A program made the position numbers and the translations under genes. A stretch of 64,000 nt of DNA, taken from the NCBI GenBank assembly GCA_963693365.1, contig CAVNZM010000016.1, forward strand, positions 1-64,000, given 5' to 3'. The notes beneath the pieces were generated by a model. It was not told where the DNA came from. It saw only the letters and a program-made list of their open reading frames with translations, and searched no databases. The stretch comes from Amoebidium appalachense. Taxonomy: Eukaryota > Protista > Ichthyosporea. Positions 40,168-53,200 of the stretch are shown one piece after another; position 1 is the stretch's first letter, and each line of letters begins with the position of its first letter.

Positions 40168-41850
40168 CTGCCGGGATCTCCCCAAGGGTACACCACCCTT
40201 GCTAACCACCCCTTCCCCCGAGGCTCAGACCCGGAGGCCCGCCCGCTGCCCCAGCACCACATTGACACCTCCCGCCTCCGGGAACTGCTGGCCTCCTACC
40301 CGGACCAACCATTCGCCGCACAACTCCTCCACGATGTCGAATTCGGCGTCGACATCGGCTATCGCGGCCCCTCCACCTCTCGGGTGGGCCCCAACCTACC
40401 CACCACCCCGGAGGCAGCTGCCGCTATCACGGTGGATATTGCCAAAGAAGTCGCCCTCGGCCACCTGCGCGGCCCCCTCTCCCCGGCCCAATTCTTTGAC
40501 GAATTTCCCGTCCACCGTTCCTCCCCCATCGGCGCCTTTACCAAGAAAGGGAACCCCCCCAAGTACCGTCGAATCCACCACCTCTCCTGGCCCCGGGGTA
40601 GCAGTGTCAATGACAGCATCACCTACCCCGACGAACTTCAGTACATTCGCGCCCGGGATGTCACCCAACTCATTCTCGACGCAGGCCCCGGCTGCTACAT
40701 GGCCGTGGCAGATGTGCAGGCTGCCTTCCGGCACATGCCCATCCGACCGGAAGACCACCACTTAATGGCATTCAAATGGCAAGGGCATTTTTACGTTGAA
40801 ACCAGACTGCCCTTCGGCCTGAAATCTAGCCCAGCCATCTGGGAACGGATCGCGGCCACCCTACAGTGGCTGGCACAACAGCACGGTATTACCCTCATCC
40901 GCCACTACGTAGACGACTGGATTATAGTCGCCCCCACACAACAGCAGTGCCAACGTCACCTATCCACCTTTCTGCAACTCTGCCGAGAGCTGCACATTGC
41001 CATCTCCGAAGACAAGATGCAGGGCCCGGCTACCCGTGTCGTCTTCATCGGTATCGAATTCGACTCCATCGCCATGGAGGCACGAATCCCGGCTTCCAAG
41101 CTCTCGGACCTACTCGACCTCACTTCCCACCCAAAGCCCACCATCACCATTCGGGACCTCCAGTCCCTCCTCGGCAAACTCACCTGGTGTGCCCAGCTGG
41201 TTCCCCCCGGGAGGGCCTTCTCCCAGCGCCTATGGGCCCTTCTCCGGACCCACCCACACCTTGCCGGCCACCACCACATACGACTGACTGCTGCCGCCCG
41301 GGCCGACATAGCCGAATGGCACCAGTTCCTCACATCATGGAATGGGGTGCACCTCATCACACCCCCCACATACACCACCCTGGCCACTGATGCTGCCGGA
41401 TCGGTGGGTCTAGGTGGCCACTGGCTCGACCAATGGTTCTTCATGCCCTGGTCCCCCTCCACCCAAGCCCTCTATGCTCATGAGGGTAAACTCGGTTCTT
41501 CCGTCATCGAACTCCTGGCCATCGCAGCCGCCGTGGCCCTCTGGGCCCCCTCCTGGTCCACCCACCATGTCCGTATTTTATGCGACAACACGGGTGCTGT
41601 GTCTGACCTGCACTCCCGGTCTTCCCCCCACCCCGTGATGGCCAAACTTATTCGGTTCATCACCCGCATGGAAATGCAATACCAATTTACGTTACAGGCA
41701 TCCTACCTACCAGGACCCCTCAACCATCTGGCCGATGCCATTTCTCGTAACCAACTTCCCCGGGCCCGACGACTCCGACCTTCCCTGCAACCGGAGCCCT
41801 GCCCCTTCCCCTCCTGGGTCCACGAGTTCCTATCCCTTCCCTTGGGCTAA
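40024..41850 (+). CDS. Ngaro RT-RNase H
   Basis: RRIHHLS, DVQAAF, LPFGLKSSP, YVDDW, TDAAG, IELLAI, CDN, ADAISR; start uncertain. Confidence 0.92.
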
Positions 41851-41904
41851 CCCCCCCCCCCCCCCCCCCCCCCAGATCTCCCGTTCCGGAGCAACACTGG
41901 CAGA

Positions 41905-42936
41905 TTGGCCCCCCACTTTGCTCCGGCCGAGCTGCTTCGAGCCACCACTACCCTGCAGGAATGCCAGGCCCTGAGTCTCAACCTCGACTCTCGGGCCTTT
42001 TACTCCCGGGTGCAAAAAGTGTTCATCGATTTCTGTGTGGCATCTCGGCTGCAATCCTCCTCCGGGTCCTCCCTCCCGGCCTCCCCACACACCGTGCAAC
42101 TTTTTCTCGCCTGGTGTGCCCAACGAGGAGTACAGGCCTCTTCCTTAACCGGCTACAATTCGGCCATCACCAGGCTCCACCTCGACGTGGGCCTCCCTGC
42201 TCCCTACCCCCACGACAAGTCTCTGGCCTGGTTCCTACGGGGGGTAGGCCGATGGCAGCTTTCTCACAACATCCGACCCCGCACATCCACCAGGGAACCC
42301 CTCCTCCCCTCCCACCTCCACCTACTCCACGGCCAGTGCCCCACCAAGGCCTCCTCGGCCAATCTCCGGCTATGGACGGCCCTCATCGTCGGTTTCTGTG
42401 GTCTCCTCCGTTCGGGGGAATTTACCTCCAAGACCCTGACTTCTTTCGACCCGTCCCGTCACGTTAAACGGAAGGACGTGACCTTCAGCTACACCCCCAC
42501 CGGTACTTTGTCCCATGCCACCCTCCACCTGCCAACCTCTAAGACGGATGTACAGGCCCGAGGTGTCAACGTCACCCTAGCTGCCCTGCCCCTCACCCAC
42601 TTCTCCCCAGCCCATCTCCTCCGGCAGTTCCTGGATACAACGTCCGGTCAACCCGACGACCCCCTCTTCAGTCTCGGTGGCATCCCCTACACCAAGAGTG
42701 CTTTCTCTGCCGATTTCCGTGCCCTCCTCTCCCGGGCAGGCCTCTCACCCTCCCGGTTTGCCGGACACAGCCTCCGCATCGGGGGGGCCACAGCACTGGC
42801 TGAGGCCGGGGTCGACGACTCCCGGATCAAACAACTCGGCCGGTGGTCCTCCGACTGCTTCCTGATCTATACCCGACTTCGTCCGGCCTCCATTGCTGCC
42901 ACCACCACACGTGTATTCGCCTCTATTCTTAAGTGA
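41905..42936 (+). CDS. Tyrosine recombinase
   Basis: GLLRSGE, SKTD, HSLRIGGAT, GRWSSDCFLIY (R-K-H-R-W-Y); start uncertain. Confidence 0.93.
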   Translation: MAPHFAPAELLRATTTLQECQALSLNLDSRAFYSRVQKVFIDFCVASRLQSSSGSSLPASPHTVQLFLAWCAQRGVQASSLTGYNSAITRLHLDVGLPAPYPHDKSLAWFLRGVGRWQLSHNIRPRTSTREPLLPSHLHLLHGQCPTKASSANLRLWTALIVGFCGLLRSGEFTSKTLTSFDPSRHVKRKDVTFSYTPTGTLSHATLHLPTSKTDVQARGVNVTLAALPLTHFSPAHLLRQFLDTTSGQPDDPLFSLGGIPYTKSAFSADFRALLSRAGLSPSRFAGHSLRIGGATALAEAGVDDSRIKQLGRWSSDCFLIYTRLRPASIAATTTRVFASILK

Positions 42937-44689
42937 AACCTTTGGAGCAAGCATACTGCTCTCGTGCCGTGGTTTACAACCATTGCAGGTTCACTTTCGT
43001 CCAAGGGGATGTCCCCCTAGAGGCAACACACGTCCCGGAGTAGTTTTTCATAGAGGTTTTATTTGTGGAAATTATTGACATAAATATTTTTCTGGGTAAA
43101 CACGTAGGATGGGTGTTCGATACCAACATAACCATGTAGGCTTCATTTCGTGTTTTAGCAGTTAGCGGTTGGCTGCCCGCACACGGGCACCTATTAGCCA
43201 GTCAAAACATCAGATACCACAGATCACTAGACCGAGTTATGATTGGCTCGGATCAGATTTCACATATCACTAGATCGATTTTTGATTGGTTCAGATCGGT
43301 AGGCTTAGGTATATAAGCACGACAGTTTTTAGCAGATCAGCAAGCTACAAACACATCTTCTGTGTTTAGCATCCACAGCCTTACAGCTATATATTCCTTT
43401 TCACCCACCCACCTACACCCACACACAACCCCCATTGATCCACACATACGTGCTGTTTTTTCACGGGGCGAAGCCTTCCCCCTTTTTTTGGACACATGGA
43501 CCTCACGGATCAATAAATTGATGACTGGGGGCTTGCCGTGGTTTACAACCATTGCAGGTTCACTTTCGTCCAAGGGGATGTCCCCCTAGAGGCAACACAC
43601 GTCCCGGAGTAGTTTTTCATAGAAGGACAGGAAGCCGTTTATTCATTCAATCATTCATTCATTCTTTACTTTCACTGAACGACGAGTGAATTCTCTAGAA
43701 CATGTGTTTCAATACAAATATTGATGCAAATGAATACAAATTTATATATATCCACAGGGTATAACGTGATGGTCATTCGAGCAAACATCATGGTCATTGC
43801 AGCTGTTGTTGTCGTCATTTGGGGCGCAAGCGCTTTGCAATCGGCTAGAAAAACATACTAAGCGGCAAAGGTGGGGGTGGGCTGTCGGCATCATACTCAT
43901 GACCTATGTTTGTGTGTGTGCGTGTGCGCGTGTGTGCGTGTGCGCGTGTGTGCGTGTGCGTGTGCGTGTGTGCGATAGATTGTAAGTTAGCAGACTTATT
44001 TTCAACAAAAGTCAAAAAAAATTCCTAGAATATCCTTTTCACCATCCGTAAAACCATTCATCTTCCGGTCGCATTCTTCCAGTCCTGCGATATAAAGACC
44101 CGTGCTTTTCAATGTGGCGAATTGAGTTATACAATCTGTATGTGGACAACAAGTTGCCAAGGCGTAAGGCAATGCATCGTTCGTTGATAGCACGTAGCAT
44201 CCTTTTCACCGTGTCGCGTGTTTTTGACCAATTTTTGGTATAGGTGTAAAATCGGTACGCCTTTGATTTTCGATCAGAAGCGCATCAATGATACGATACC
44301 TATGGATTGGATACACACTTTGTGTATTGCCAGTCATATCTTTGGGCAGACGTCCTTTATATCTACATGTATTAGAGGGGAATAAGGGAATGGTTCATAG
44401 TTTTCCCTAGCTCAACTCCCAAAACACGCCCCCGGGGGGGGGGGGGGGGCGGGGGGGCAAATTGAAAATGTTATGATACGAGACCCTGAGACGAGTAAAT
44501 CTACTCACATATGATGTGACAGCTTCTACGTATTTCTGTATAACAGGCTCACCTTTAACTGCCTCAGAGTCGCTGATCGTGCCGCCGTCTGTGGCCTTGG
44601 GAGGTGGTGGCAGATTTGGATCTGGAGATGGGAAGGGAATGGGGTTAGATGAAAGAAACTCGATGCTGCTTACTTAACAGCCCGTCCGT

Positions 44690-44790
44690 CCCCACCCCCA
44701 CCCCCACCCCCACCCCCACCCCCACCCCCACCCCCACCCCCACCCCCACCCCCACCCCCACCCCCACCCCCACCCCCACCCCCACCCCCC
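44690..44790. repeat. (CCCCAC)n hexamer array
   Basis: About 16 perfect units. Confidence 0.95.
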
Positions 44791-45066
44791 TCTTTCGTTC
44801 CACAAAAACAAAAACAGAAACAGAAACAGAAAACAAAAGGGAAATTTTAGGGTTTTTTTCTTTTTTTTAGGGTTTTTTTTTTTTGGATACCAAACGTGCA
44901 AGGACATACCAGTCATGATGGGTAGCAGAGTATACACCCTTGATTCATGTACTGATACAAAAAACAAAGTGGTCACCAAATGTAAAATAAAATTTATCCG
45001 ATGTAATAGTTTTAGTCTCCCTATGTCCCTATCTCCCCTCTCTCTCTCAGAGTCTCTCTTTCTGTG

Positions 45067-45427
45067 ATGTGTGTGCGTGTGCGTGTGCATGTGCGTGTGT
45101 GTGTGGGGGGGGGGGGGGGGGGGGGGGGGGGGGGCTACCTTTGTTGGCTTGTGTGGACAGTTCATGTTGTGGGGGTTGGGGTCGGGGGGACTCCTCGGTG
45201 TTTGGGGAGGGAGTGGTGCCGCCCTGGGGGTGTACCTGGCCTGCAAGGGGGGAAAATCGTGAGAAGGTTTATGTAATAAAAACGTGTACATGTTTGATCA
45301 AACTCATAATTAAGACCTTATGGACGAGTTTTATGGAACCCCTGGTAGCCTCAAATTTTTTTGCAATGCTCCTTCATGTATACTATTCCATAATCAAAAC
45401 CAGCATGGAGAGACGGTTTCACCGTGA

Positions 45428-45503
<76 letters not shown>

Positions 45504-45804
45504 GGGGGGGGGCTACCTTTGTTGGCTTGTGTGGACAGTTCATGTTGTGGGGGTTGGGGTCGGGGGGACTCCTCGGTGTTTGGGGAGGGAGTGGTGCCGC
45601 CCTGGGGGTGTACCTGGCCTGCAAGGGGGGAAAATCGTGAGAAGGTTTATGTAATAAAAACGTGTACAGGTTTGATCAAACTCATAATTAAAACCTTATG
45701 GACGAGTTTTATTGAACCCCTGGTAGCCTCAAATTTTTTGCAATGCTACTTCATGTACACTATTCCATAATCAAAACCAGCATGGAGAGACGGTTTCACC
45801 GTGA

Positions 45805-45872
<68 letters not shown>

Positions 45873-45905
45873 CGCGGGGGAACGGGGGGGGGGGGGGGGG
45901 GGGGA
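45067..45905. repeat. ~378-bp tandem duplication containing a 102-bp minus-strand exon
   Basis: Exon copies 45139-45240 and 45517-45618, each cttgcag|...AAG|gtagcc. Confidence 0.8.
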
Positions 45906-47030
45906 TACCTTCTGCACCAGACAAAGTCTGTTGTGGAGTGTCGCTTTCACGCGATGACTGCAGCTAGTAGGCCTCCCGCAGGAGGTTAACAGGAGGGGGT
46001 CGTGTATTAGCCAGGTACAATTCGAAGGCATTGGGTTCCAATCTGGTTCGGGCATGACCCCGGATGGTGGCTGACGGACACAAGGCCTGGCCTTGGCAGC
46101 CACTCTTTCGTCTGTGTGCAGGGGGGTATCAGGGTGTTCATGCCTCCCGGTTGATGGAGGGGAAGGAGGGGTTTTGACGGATGGATCCGTGTCTGTGAAC
46201 CACATGTTTCTGTCAGTTGATGTTGATGTATTACACCGAAAATAAAATGCCAGGAATCATGATGAAGATATTGACGTGGTAACGAATAGAACTAGAAATG
46301 ACCACCAACATCATTACGAAACTAAAAATAGGCCATAGTTTACCTGTATACGGTTTTTCCACACACACCGTCTCATTTTGTATGTGTAGTGTCACGAGTG
46401 TATGCTTGCTCTGGGAAGATGAGACTCCATCTCACAGTTTGTAACCTGATGCCTACAAACGATGTAGGAAAATAAAATCTCTTCTTAAGTTTCAAGCATG
46501 TGACCCTCTCACACACATCGGTTGATAGGTATTTGTTATGTTTGGGTTGTGGGAGGGGGGAGGTGTTGGAAGTAGAGTCCGCTGTGACTAGGGTCGTCGT
46601 GGCGCGCTTGGGCGCTGACCCGTTTCTTTACTGCTTTCAGTGTGTTAACTCCATGACTGAACTCCATGTCTGAACTCCATATCTGCACCTGGCAGAGACG
46701 TGGCTTATATACCCGGGGGGCAGCAGTCTGGAATGTAATCCGGATGCCAGGCGCTAATCGGATTGGTTACTTTCATTTAGAGATCTCTGGGACCAGTGAA
46801 CCAATCGTTTGCAGTCAAAACACAATTGGCAACATTCCTCAACTATGCAGATGTGCATGTGGTGATCGAGTGTCAGCGTGTGTCTGTGTACACGGAACCA
46901 ATTGTAAAGCTAACATACACATATTGTGGAGTGAGCGTAAGTCTGCACTCCAACAGGAGGGGGGATACGGGAGGGGGGATGTTCCTTTTTTAGTTCGGAG
47001 TTCAGCACTTCCGCTTATTTTCTTTTTGGT

Positions 47031-47067
<37 letters not shown>

Positions 47068-47399
47068 CTACGTTGTGGCACAGGACCAGTGGGCTGAGGT
47101 GAGGCAGCAGTCGACGAGGGCGGTTTCACCCTGCTGTTGTCATTGTGGGTAGTACTGCCGGCTGTGCCTTGGGATTGTCGTGTGGCCCGGGTAGTGAACT
47201 GGGGTTGTGTCTCCTCCTCAGATTCTGTTTCGGTGAATAGTCAGACAAAGACGAAAATACAAAATATTTGCCTTATCCTACACGTTTGTGCTTTATCATA
47301 CACTAAACTAACGAATTCTGTCAAACCCGGCAAAGAGAATTACACTGGAACATGGATGCTTGACTGCCAGGTCCATCAGATTCTATAATCAAGGCATGA

Positions 47400-47790
47400 C
47401 ATGTGGCAAAATGTGATAGAATGTTGACCACGGTATATCTTGCCATGGGGCTTGTTTCTTCAATATCTCATGGACATTGAATGTGATCCCAGTGGCACAC
47501 CTGGGGTGAACCGTTGGGCTTGCTGCCTATAACTGAGAGACCGGAAATCTTGAGATTGCATGGTAGGCCGTTGTCTCCCAGAAAATGCCTGATTTCATCA
47601 TACCAAGTTTTTAACAGAGGGTCTTTCGGGGTCAGAGGAAAAGAGAAACGCGTCCCATCGTTATCGTGGACGTCAACCGTATCGTTCACCAAAATCGTTT
47701 GAGCAATGTGGTTGCTAGCCAGCCTTCGCACGTGTTTGATTGATTTTTCTGTTAATTGAATGTGCCCGCGGAATACAAAAAGGTTCCTCT
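47400..47790 (-). pseudogene. Possible 2OG-Fe(II) dioxygenase (PhyH-like) exon, frameshifted
   Basis: LSVIGSKPNGSPQVCHWD resembles the S.PG..Q..HxD motif; continues in another frame as FNVHE...DIPWS. Confidence 0.35.
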
Positions 47791-48364
47791 CCAGGTCCTC
47801 CTGCCATCCGACCTGAGTGACCCCACACCAGCACAAACCCCTAATGTGAGAAGGTACCTTTGTGTTCAGTCGGTCTTACGTAGCTCAAAGTTAGGGGCAC
47901 ACATGCATCGATACCATACAAGCAAACGGATAGCCTACTCAGAGTAAAGCGGTACCTGCGACCGAAACAGGGAGTGGTGGTAAGACGCAATGCATACCTG
48001 CTTAGGGGTTATGATGTAGGAATCTGCGTCCTCTTCTAGAGGCATCATGCTGTCCAAGTCTGCAGTAAGCGGCGACACCCCACGTAGTGTTTCGCCACCG
48101 GGCCCTACGGGCCCTGAGGCCCTACCCCGTAAGTTCGGCATGTCGACACTGCTTGTTGGAAAGACAGTGGGGTTTACGCTGTTTACTCGAGGCAAAGAGA
48201 ACCAGTCTCAGGTATGGGGGGGGGGGGGTTTGCTCGGAATATCCCCTCAGCGGTATATCATGATCACGTACATAGATGTCGGGTGGTGACTATATATCAG
48301 GGTTTACTTTCTCTACGAGACACCATAAAGACTACAAGGAGAAATCAATTAGTTGGGGTTCCCC

Positions 48365-48400
<36 letters not shown>

Positions 48401-48432
48401 GGGCTCCCCTCGGGACACTCGGTATCAGCTGG

Positions 48433-48493
<61 letters not shown>

Positions 48494-50226
48494 TGTGTGT
48501 GTGTGCGCGTGCGCTATGATTTTGTAGTGATGTGTTTCTCAAGCCAATCAATACATCTAATAAACAGGTCGTAGTTACGCGTGTTTAGTATAAAATCAAG
48601 GATGTTGTAATTTACAGGTAGGCTATCTTTCTGGGTGTCTGTTGTGAATGTGACGTGTGTGTGTTGCGGTATTATGTGGTCTATCAAACTACATTTGGCG
48701 ATACATGACCGGTTAAACTGGTGTGTGTGTGTGTTGTTTGGGCATGCAAATGATGCCACCTTATACTTATTAGATCTCCACTGTATAGCACGTGTACAGT
48801 AAAAGCGTGGTAATTGATCAATAATACCATCAGCTAGAGAAAGACCAGTTCTACAGGAAGGTAATATGTATTTAGGTGTTATACACTTGCGAGTGCCATA
48901 TTTGGCAATATGGTTGAGGCGGTCAGTATATATAAAACGAGACATAAGGCTTAGTTTTTCAAGGTGTATGCTTTCATCGGGTCTAGTGTCGTGTGGTATC
49001 TTTTTCCATTTGTTATATTGCGTGATTATCTTGTGATTGTGTACATGTTTAATAAGTAAGTGGCAGTCCAAAGTCACACACACACTATTGCGGGGTTTAT
49101 TTGTATTTGTGCCCAGGGGGAGAAGGGGAGAGAGAGGGGAGGAAAGAGGGGAGAGGTGAGGAGGGGACAGGTCGGATAGAGAAGAGAGGGTGGGAGGGCA
49201 AATACTTCTTTAAGCGGCTTATGTGCTTATTGAATTTCAGCGCGAGATAGGATACTCTAGCAGCTATTGGGACCAGTGTTGGACATTGTGTTCATAGAAG
49301 CTAGTTCTAGTGCACGTTGTTCCTTCTGTAAGTCAGAAATGATTGCATCTTGTGAGGCCAACCTCTGCTCCAGTAGTTGGACTAGTTGCTGCAACTGTAA
49401 GTTGTCAGACATAGTGTCGTGTATGATGGGTAACTAGTCTATGTGTTTTGTGCACTGAAAACGACAGTAGAAAAGTGTAAATCAAACGTTCTGCTTCCCA
49501 TGTTTGTGACATGGGAGGCACTGCTTTATATAGTCGTTGGCCACCTCATGGTGGCCTCGTGTGCACCCTGGTGGTGGGCCATGTACAGCATGGCCGAAAA
49601 GAGAGCACAATGAAAACAAGTCGTTAAAGATATAAAAGTTAACTGTGCACGTTGAGTGGCTAGTTAACTTGCACTAAAGCACACAAATAAACGTGTTTAA
49701 CACACCAATTGCAGTTAAACGTAAATCTTGCTTCACACAACTAAAAATATTCTGAGAATATCCGGGAATAAAGCACACTACCACTCTAAGAATAGAATCC
49801 TGTGGCAAATATAGCCATGACATCATCTGAACCGGGAATATTAATTAATGAGCACAATTAGCACGTTGCTAGTGAAGCTCGTCATTGGTACAGTTTCGGC
49901 TCAAACATATAACTACCATATATGAATATGACCGTAAACAAAAGCTCTATGCACTCGAGTGAGTGTTGAAACAATTATTCAATTGCTCAGAAACTTTCTC
50001 TAACAGACATTGCTAGCCGGGAGTACCAGTGTACTCCAACACCCCTACTCAATTGGATAATTGTGGTATGAATTAATGCAACTGAGCTCGAGTGCTTCAG
50101 GTGCACAAAATACAGACAATAAAGATTCCCCTACTCAAATTTAGTATGGTACACGTAGTTGCACAGTCGGATGCAACTCTCGCCCCCCCCTGAAGTATGA
50201 GGGCGCAGTTGGTTGATGACGGGTGC

Positions 50227-53200
50227 TCAGCACATGTTGAGCATCCCCACGGCCTTGGTGAAGAAAGAGGCAGACAGGGCCTTGGTGAACATGTCGGCCT
50301 TGTTGTCAGCAGAAGCCACCGGGACCACAGTGATGTTGCCCAGCAGGTGATGTTCCTTGACGGAGCAGTAGCGGACGTCGATGTGCTTGGTCTTGGGCTT
50401 AACCCCCAGGGTGTCCAGCAGGGCCCGGGCAGACTCATTGTCCCCATGGATGGGCACCGGGGTGGGCTCATTGATAGGATTAAGGCCCAGGTCGTCCATC
50501 ACATAGTTGAGCCATAGGGCCTCGTTCGTAGCAGCAGACATGGCCACAAATTCAGCCTCAGTGGAGCTGTGGGTGGTGATGGACTGGAGCCGAGACACCC
50601 AGGACACAGGGGAGGAGTTGATGAAGAAGACATAGCCCGTGGTGGAGCGCCGGGTGTCGCGGTCCTCGGCGTAGTCGGAGTCGGAGTAGCCAACAAGGTT
50701 GGGGGGGCCGGGACGGTAGACAATACCCAGGTCGATGGTGGCCAGCAGGTAGCTTACAACTCTGGTAGCCATAGTCCAGTGGGTGACGGTGGGCGCATGA
50801 ATGTGTCGAGTAAGGACTCCCAGAGCCTGGGAAATGTCGGGGCGGGTGGTACGCGCAATCCACAGCAGGGCACCGACCAGGCTGGCATAGTCCTCCTTCT
50901 TGCTGTAGGCTGGGGTCTTGTTGCTTTCACTGGCCTGGCCCGGGACGATGGGGGTCTTGGTGCCGGACATGTGGGTGAGACGAAAACGGGCAGCCAAGTC
51001 GATGATGTGTTGACGATGGCCCAGACGCAGAGACCCGTCCTCCAGCCAGGTAAGAGTGTGCCCGATGAGCAGGGTAGGACGACCCAGGTCCTTGGCAGAG
51101 AAACGAGCATCCAGCTTGGTGAAAAAATCGTCGATGAGCGCATCAGTGGCGGCCGTCACGGTGAAGTCATCCACATAGGCAGCAAGGGCAATAAACCTTG
51201 GGGTCCCGGCATTCTTGATGAACAGGCACGGGTCAGCAGCACTCACAATGAAGCCTTGGTCGAGGAGATGGTCACGGAGGGCCTCATACCACTGGCGCGG
51301 TGCCTGTTTTAGGCCGTAGAGCGCCTTGTGGAGCAAGCCGACAGCATGGGGGGCCGAGGGGTTGACGAAGCCAGGGGGCTGCTCAATGTAGATGGTCTCG
51401 TTGACGGTGCCGTTGAGGAATGCTGTGTTGACGTCGATGTGGCGCAGAGGCAGACCTTGGGCCACGGAGGTAGCCAAAACCAGCCGGATGGTAGCCAGCG
51501 CAGCCACAGGTGACTCGGTGACGAAATAGTCCTGGCCAGGCTGCTGGTAGTTGCCCCGGGCCACAAGCCGGGCCTTGAAAGCAGTGACGTTGCCGACGTT
51601 GTCCTGCTTGACCGTAAAGACCCAGCCGACCGGAATGACAGTGGAGCCATCCTCTGGACGGGGCACAAGGGTGAAGGTGCCGTTGTCTTCCAGGGCCTTG
51701 AGCTCACGGTGTGCAGCCTCCTCCCATTTCAGACGCTGGGGACTCTTGAGTGCAGCCCGGACAGTCTTGGGGACAACAATGGTGGAAGCCTTGATGGGTG
51801 TTGATGCAGGAGCCGTAGCCTGGGAGGCAAGGGGGGCCGTAGCAGCAGCCACGTTGGCAGTCGGGCCTCGACGTTGGTCGTTGTACACAGCACCACTACG
51901 GGTCGTCCGGGGGAGCCGATGTGCAGGCTCGGGCAGGATCGGAATGTCCAATTGATCACTCGGCGCTGTCCCATTGGCTGACAGACGAGACGAATCAGAT
52001 TGCTGATCATTCCGGACGATGTGATTGGCTGGCTGATTTGACGAATCAGATGACTCCAAAAAATGATGAATTGCCGGTGCGGTCGACCAATCAGATGGGA
52101 CATAACGGAGGGGGTGCAGAATAGCAGCCTCGTCGAACTGTACGTCACGGCTGACGGTCATCTTGTGTGCTGCTGGAATCCAGACCTTGTAGCCCTTGAT
52201 GTTAGGAGGGTAGCCCACGAAGATGCCCTTGACGGCACGAGGCGCCAGTTTCGGTGTATCCTGTTGATGGACGTAGCAGGGAGAGCCCCAGACACGGAGC
52301 CGGCTGTAGTCGGGAGGAATGCCGGTCCACAGCAGGGCGGGAGACGATTGGCTGCCGGTGGCTCGCGACGGGAGCATGTTGCGTATAAAAGCCGCGGTCA
52401 CAGCTGCCTCGGCCCAGAATCCCACCGGAAGGCCGGACTGCTGCAGGAGTGCCCGAACCATGTCGAGGAGGGTCCGGTTCAGTCGTTCGGCAGTCCCATT
52501 CTGTTGAGGAGAGCCGGTGGTAGTGATCTGATGGCGAATGCCGTGCTCACGGTTGTAGTCCCCGAAGGCCGTGCCCATGTACTCGCCCCCCCCGTCGGAC
52601 TGAAACACCTGCATGGGAACACCGTGTTGGGTAACCGCCGCCTTGTGGTACGTCACATATGCAGCCAGTGTGTCTGACTTCTTGACGAGGGGCACGGCCG
52701 TGGTGTGGCCGGTGAAGTCGTCGTGGAACGTCGCCAAGTACTGAGCACCACCGATCGCGGGAGGGAAGGGGCCGCTGATGTCGCTGTGAACCTTGGCTAG
52801 GACCCGGGGAGCTTGGCTGGTTGATTCGGAGAAGGCAACACGGTGGGCTTTGCCGAGGGCACAGGGCTCACACACACCCGGAGACTTGGCACCGCCACCC
52901 ACCAACAGGCCTGCAGACTTGATGACCGAGCGTACAGCGTCAATGCCAGCATGGCCCAGACGGTAGTGCCACGTGTTGAGGTCGGCAGTAACCTTGAAGA
53001 TACGCGGAGCAGTGGTGGTTTGGGTGTCCGGGGTTGTGTCCGCGCGCAGAAGAGACACCGCCATGTGGTACAGCTTGGTGCCGACAGCCGAGCCGGTGGC
53101 CAGAATTTGATCGCCGTAGCACAACTTAACGCCGCCGCGGGTGTCAAAGCGGGGTAAAACGCCGTTGGTAGATGCCGTGAACACACTGATGAGAGTGTCG

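Larger units (their letters stand above)
38163..43623 (+). mobile_element. Ngaro-type tyrosine-recombinase retrotransposon
   Basis: Split direct repeats A1 38163-38514, B1 42965-43054, A2 43053-43404, B2 43534-43623; gag, RT-RH and YR ORFs. Confidence 0.92.

Noticed and set aside
44690-44790. Telomeric array or PT-repeat protein
   Set aside because: Short internal hexamer run with no supported ORF; treated as a G-rich microsatellite
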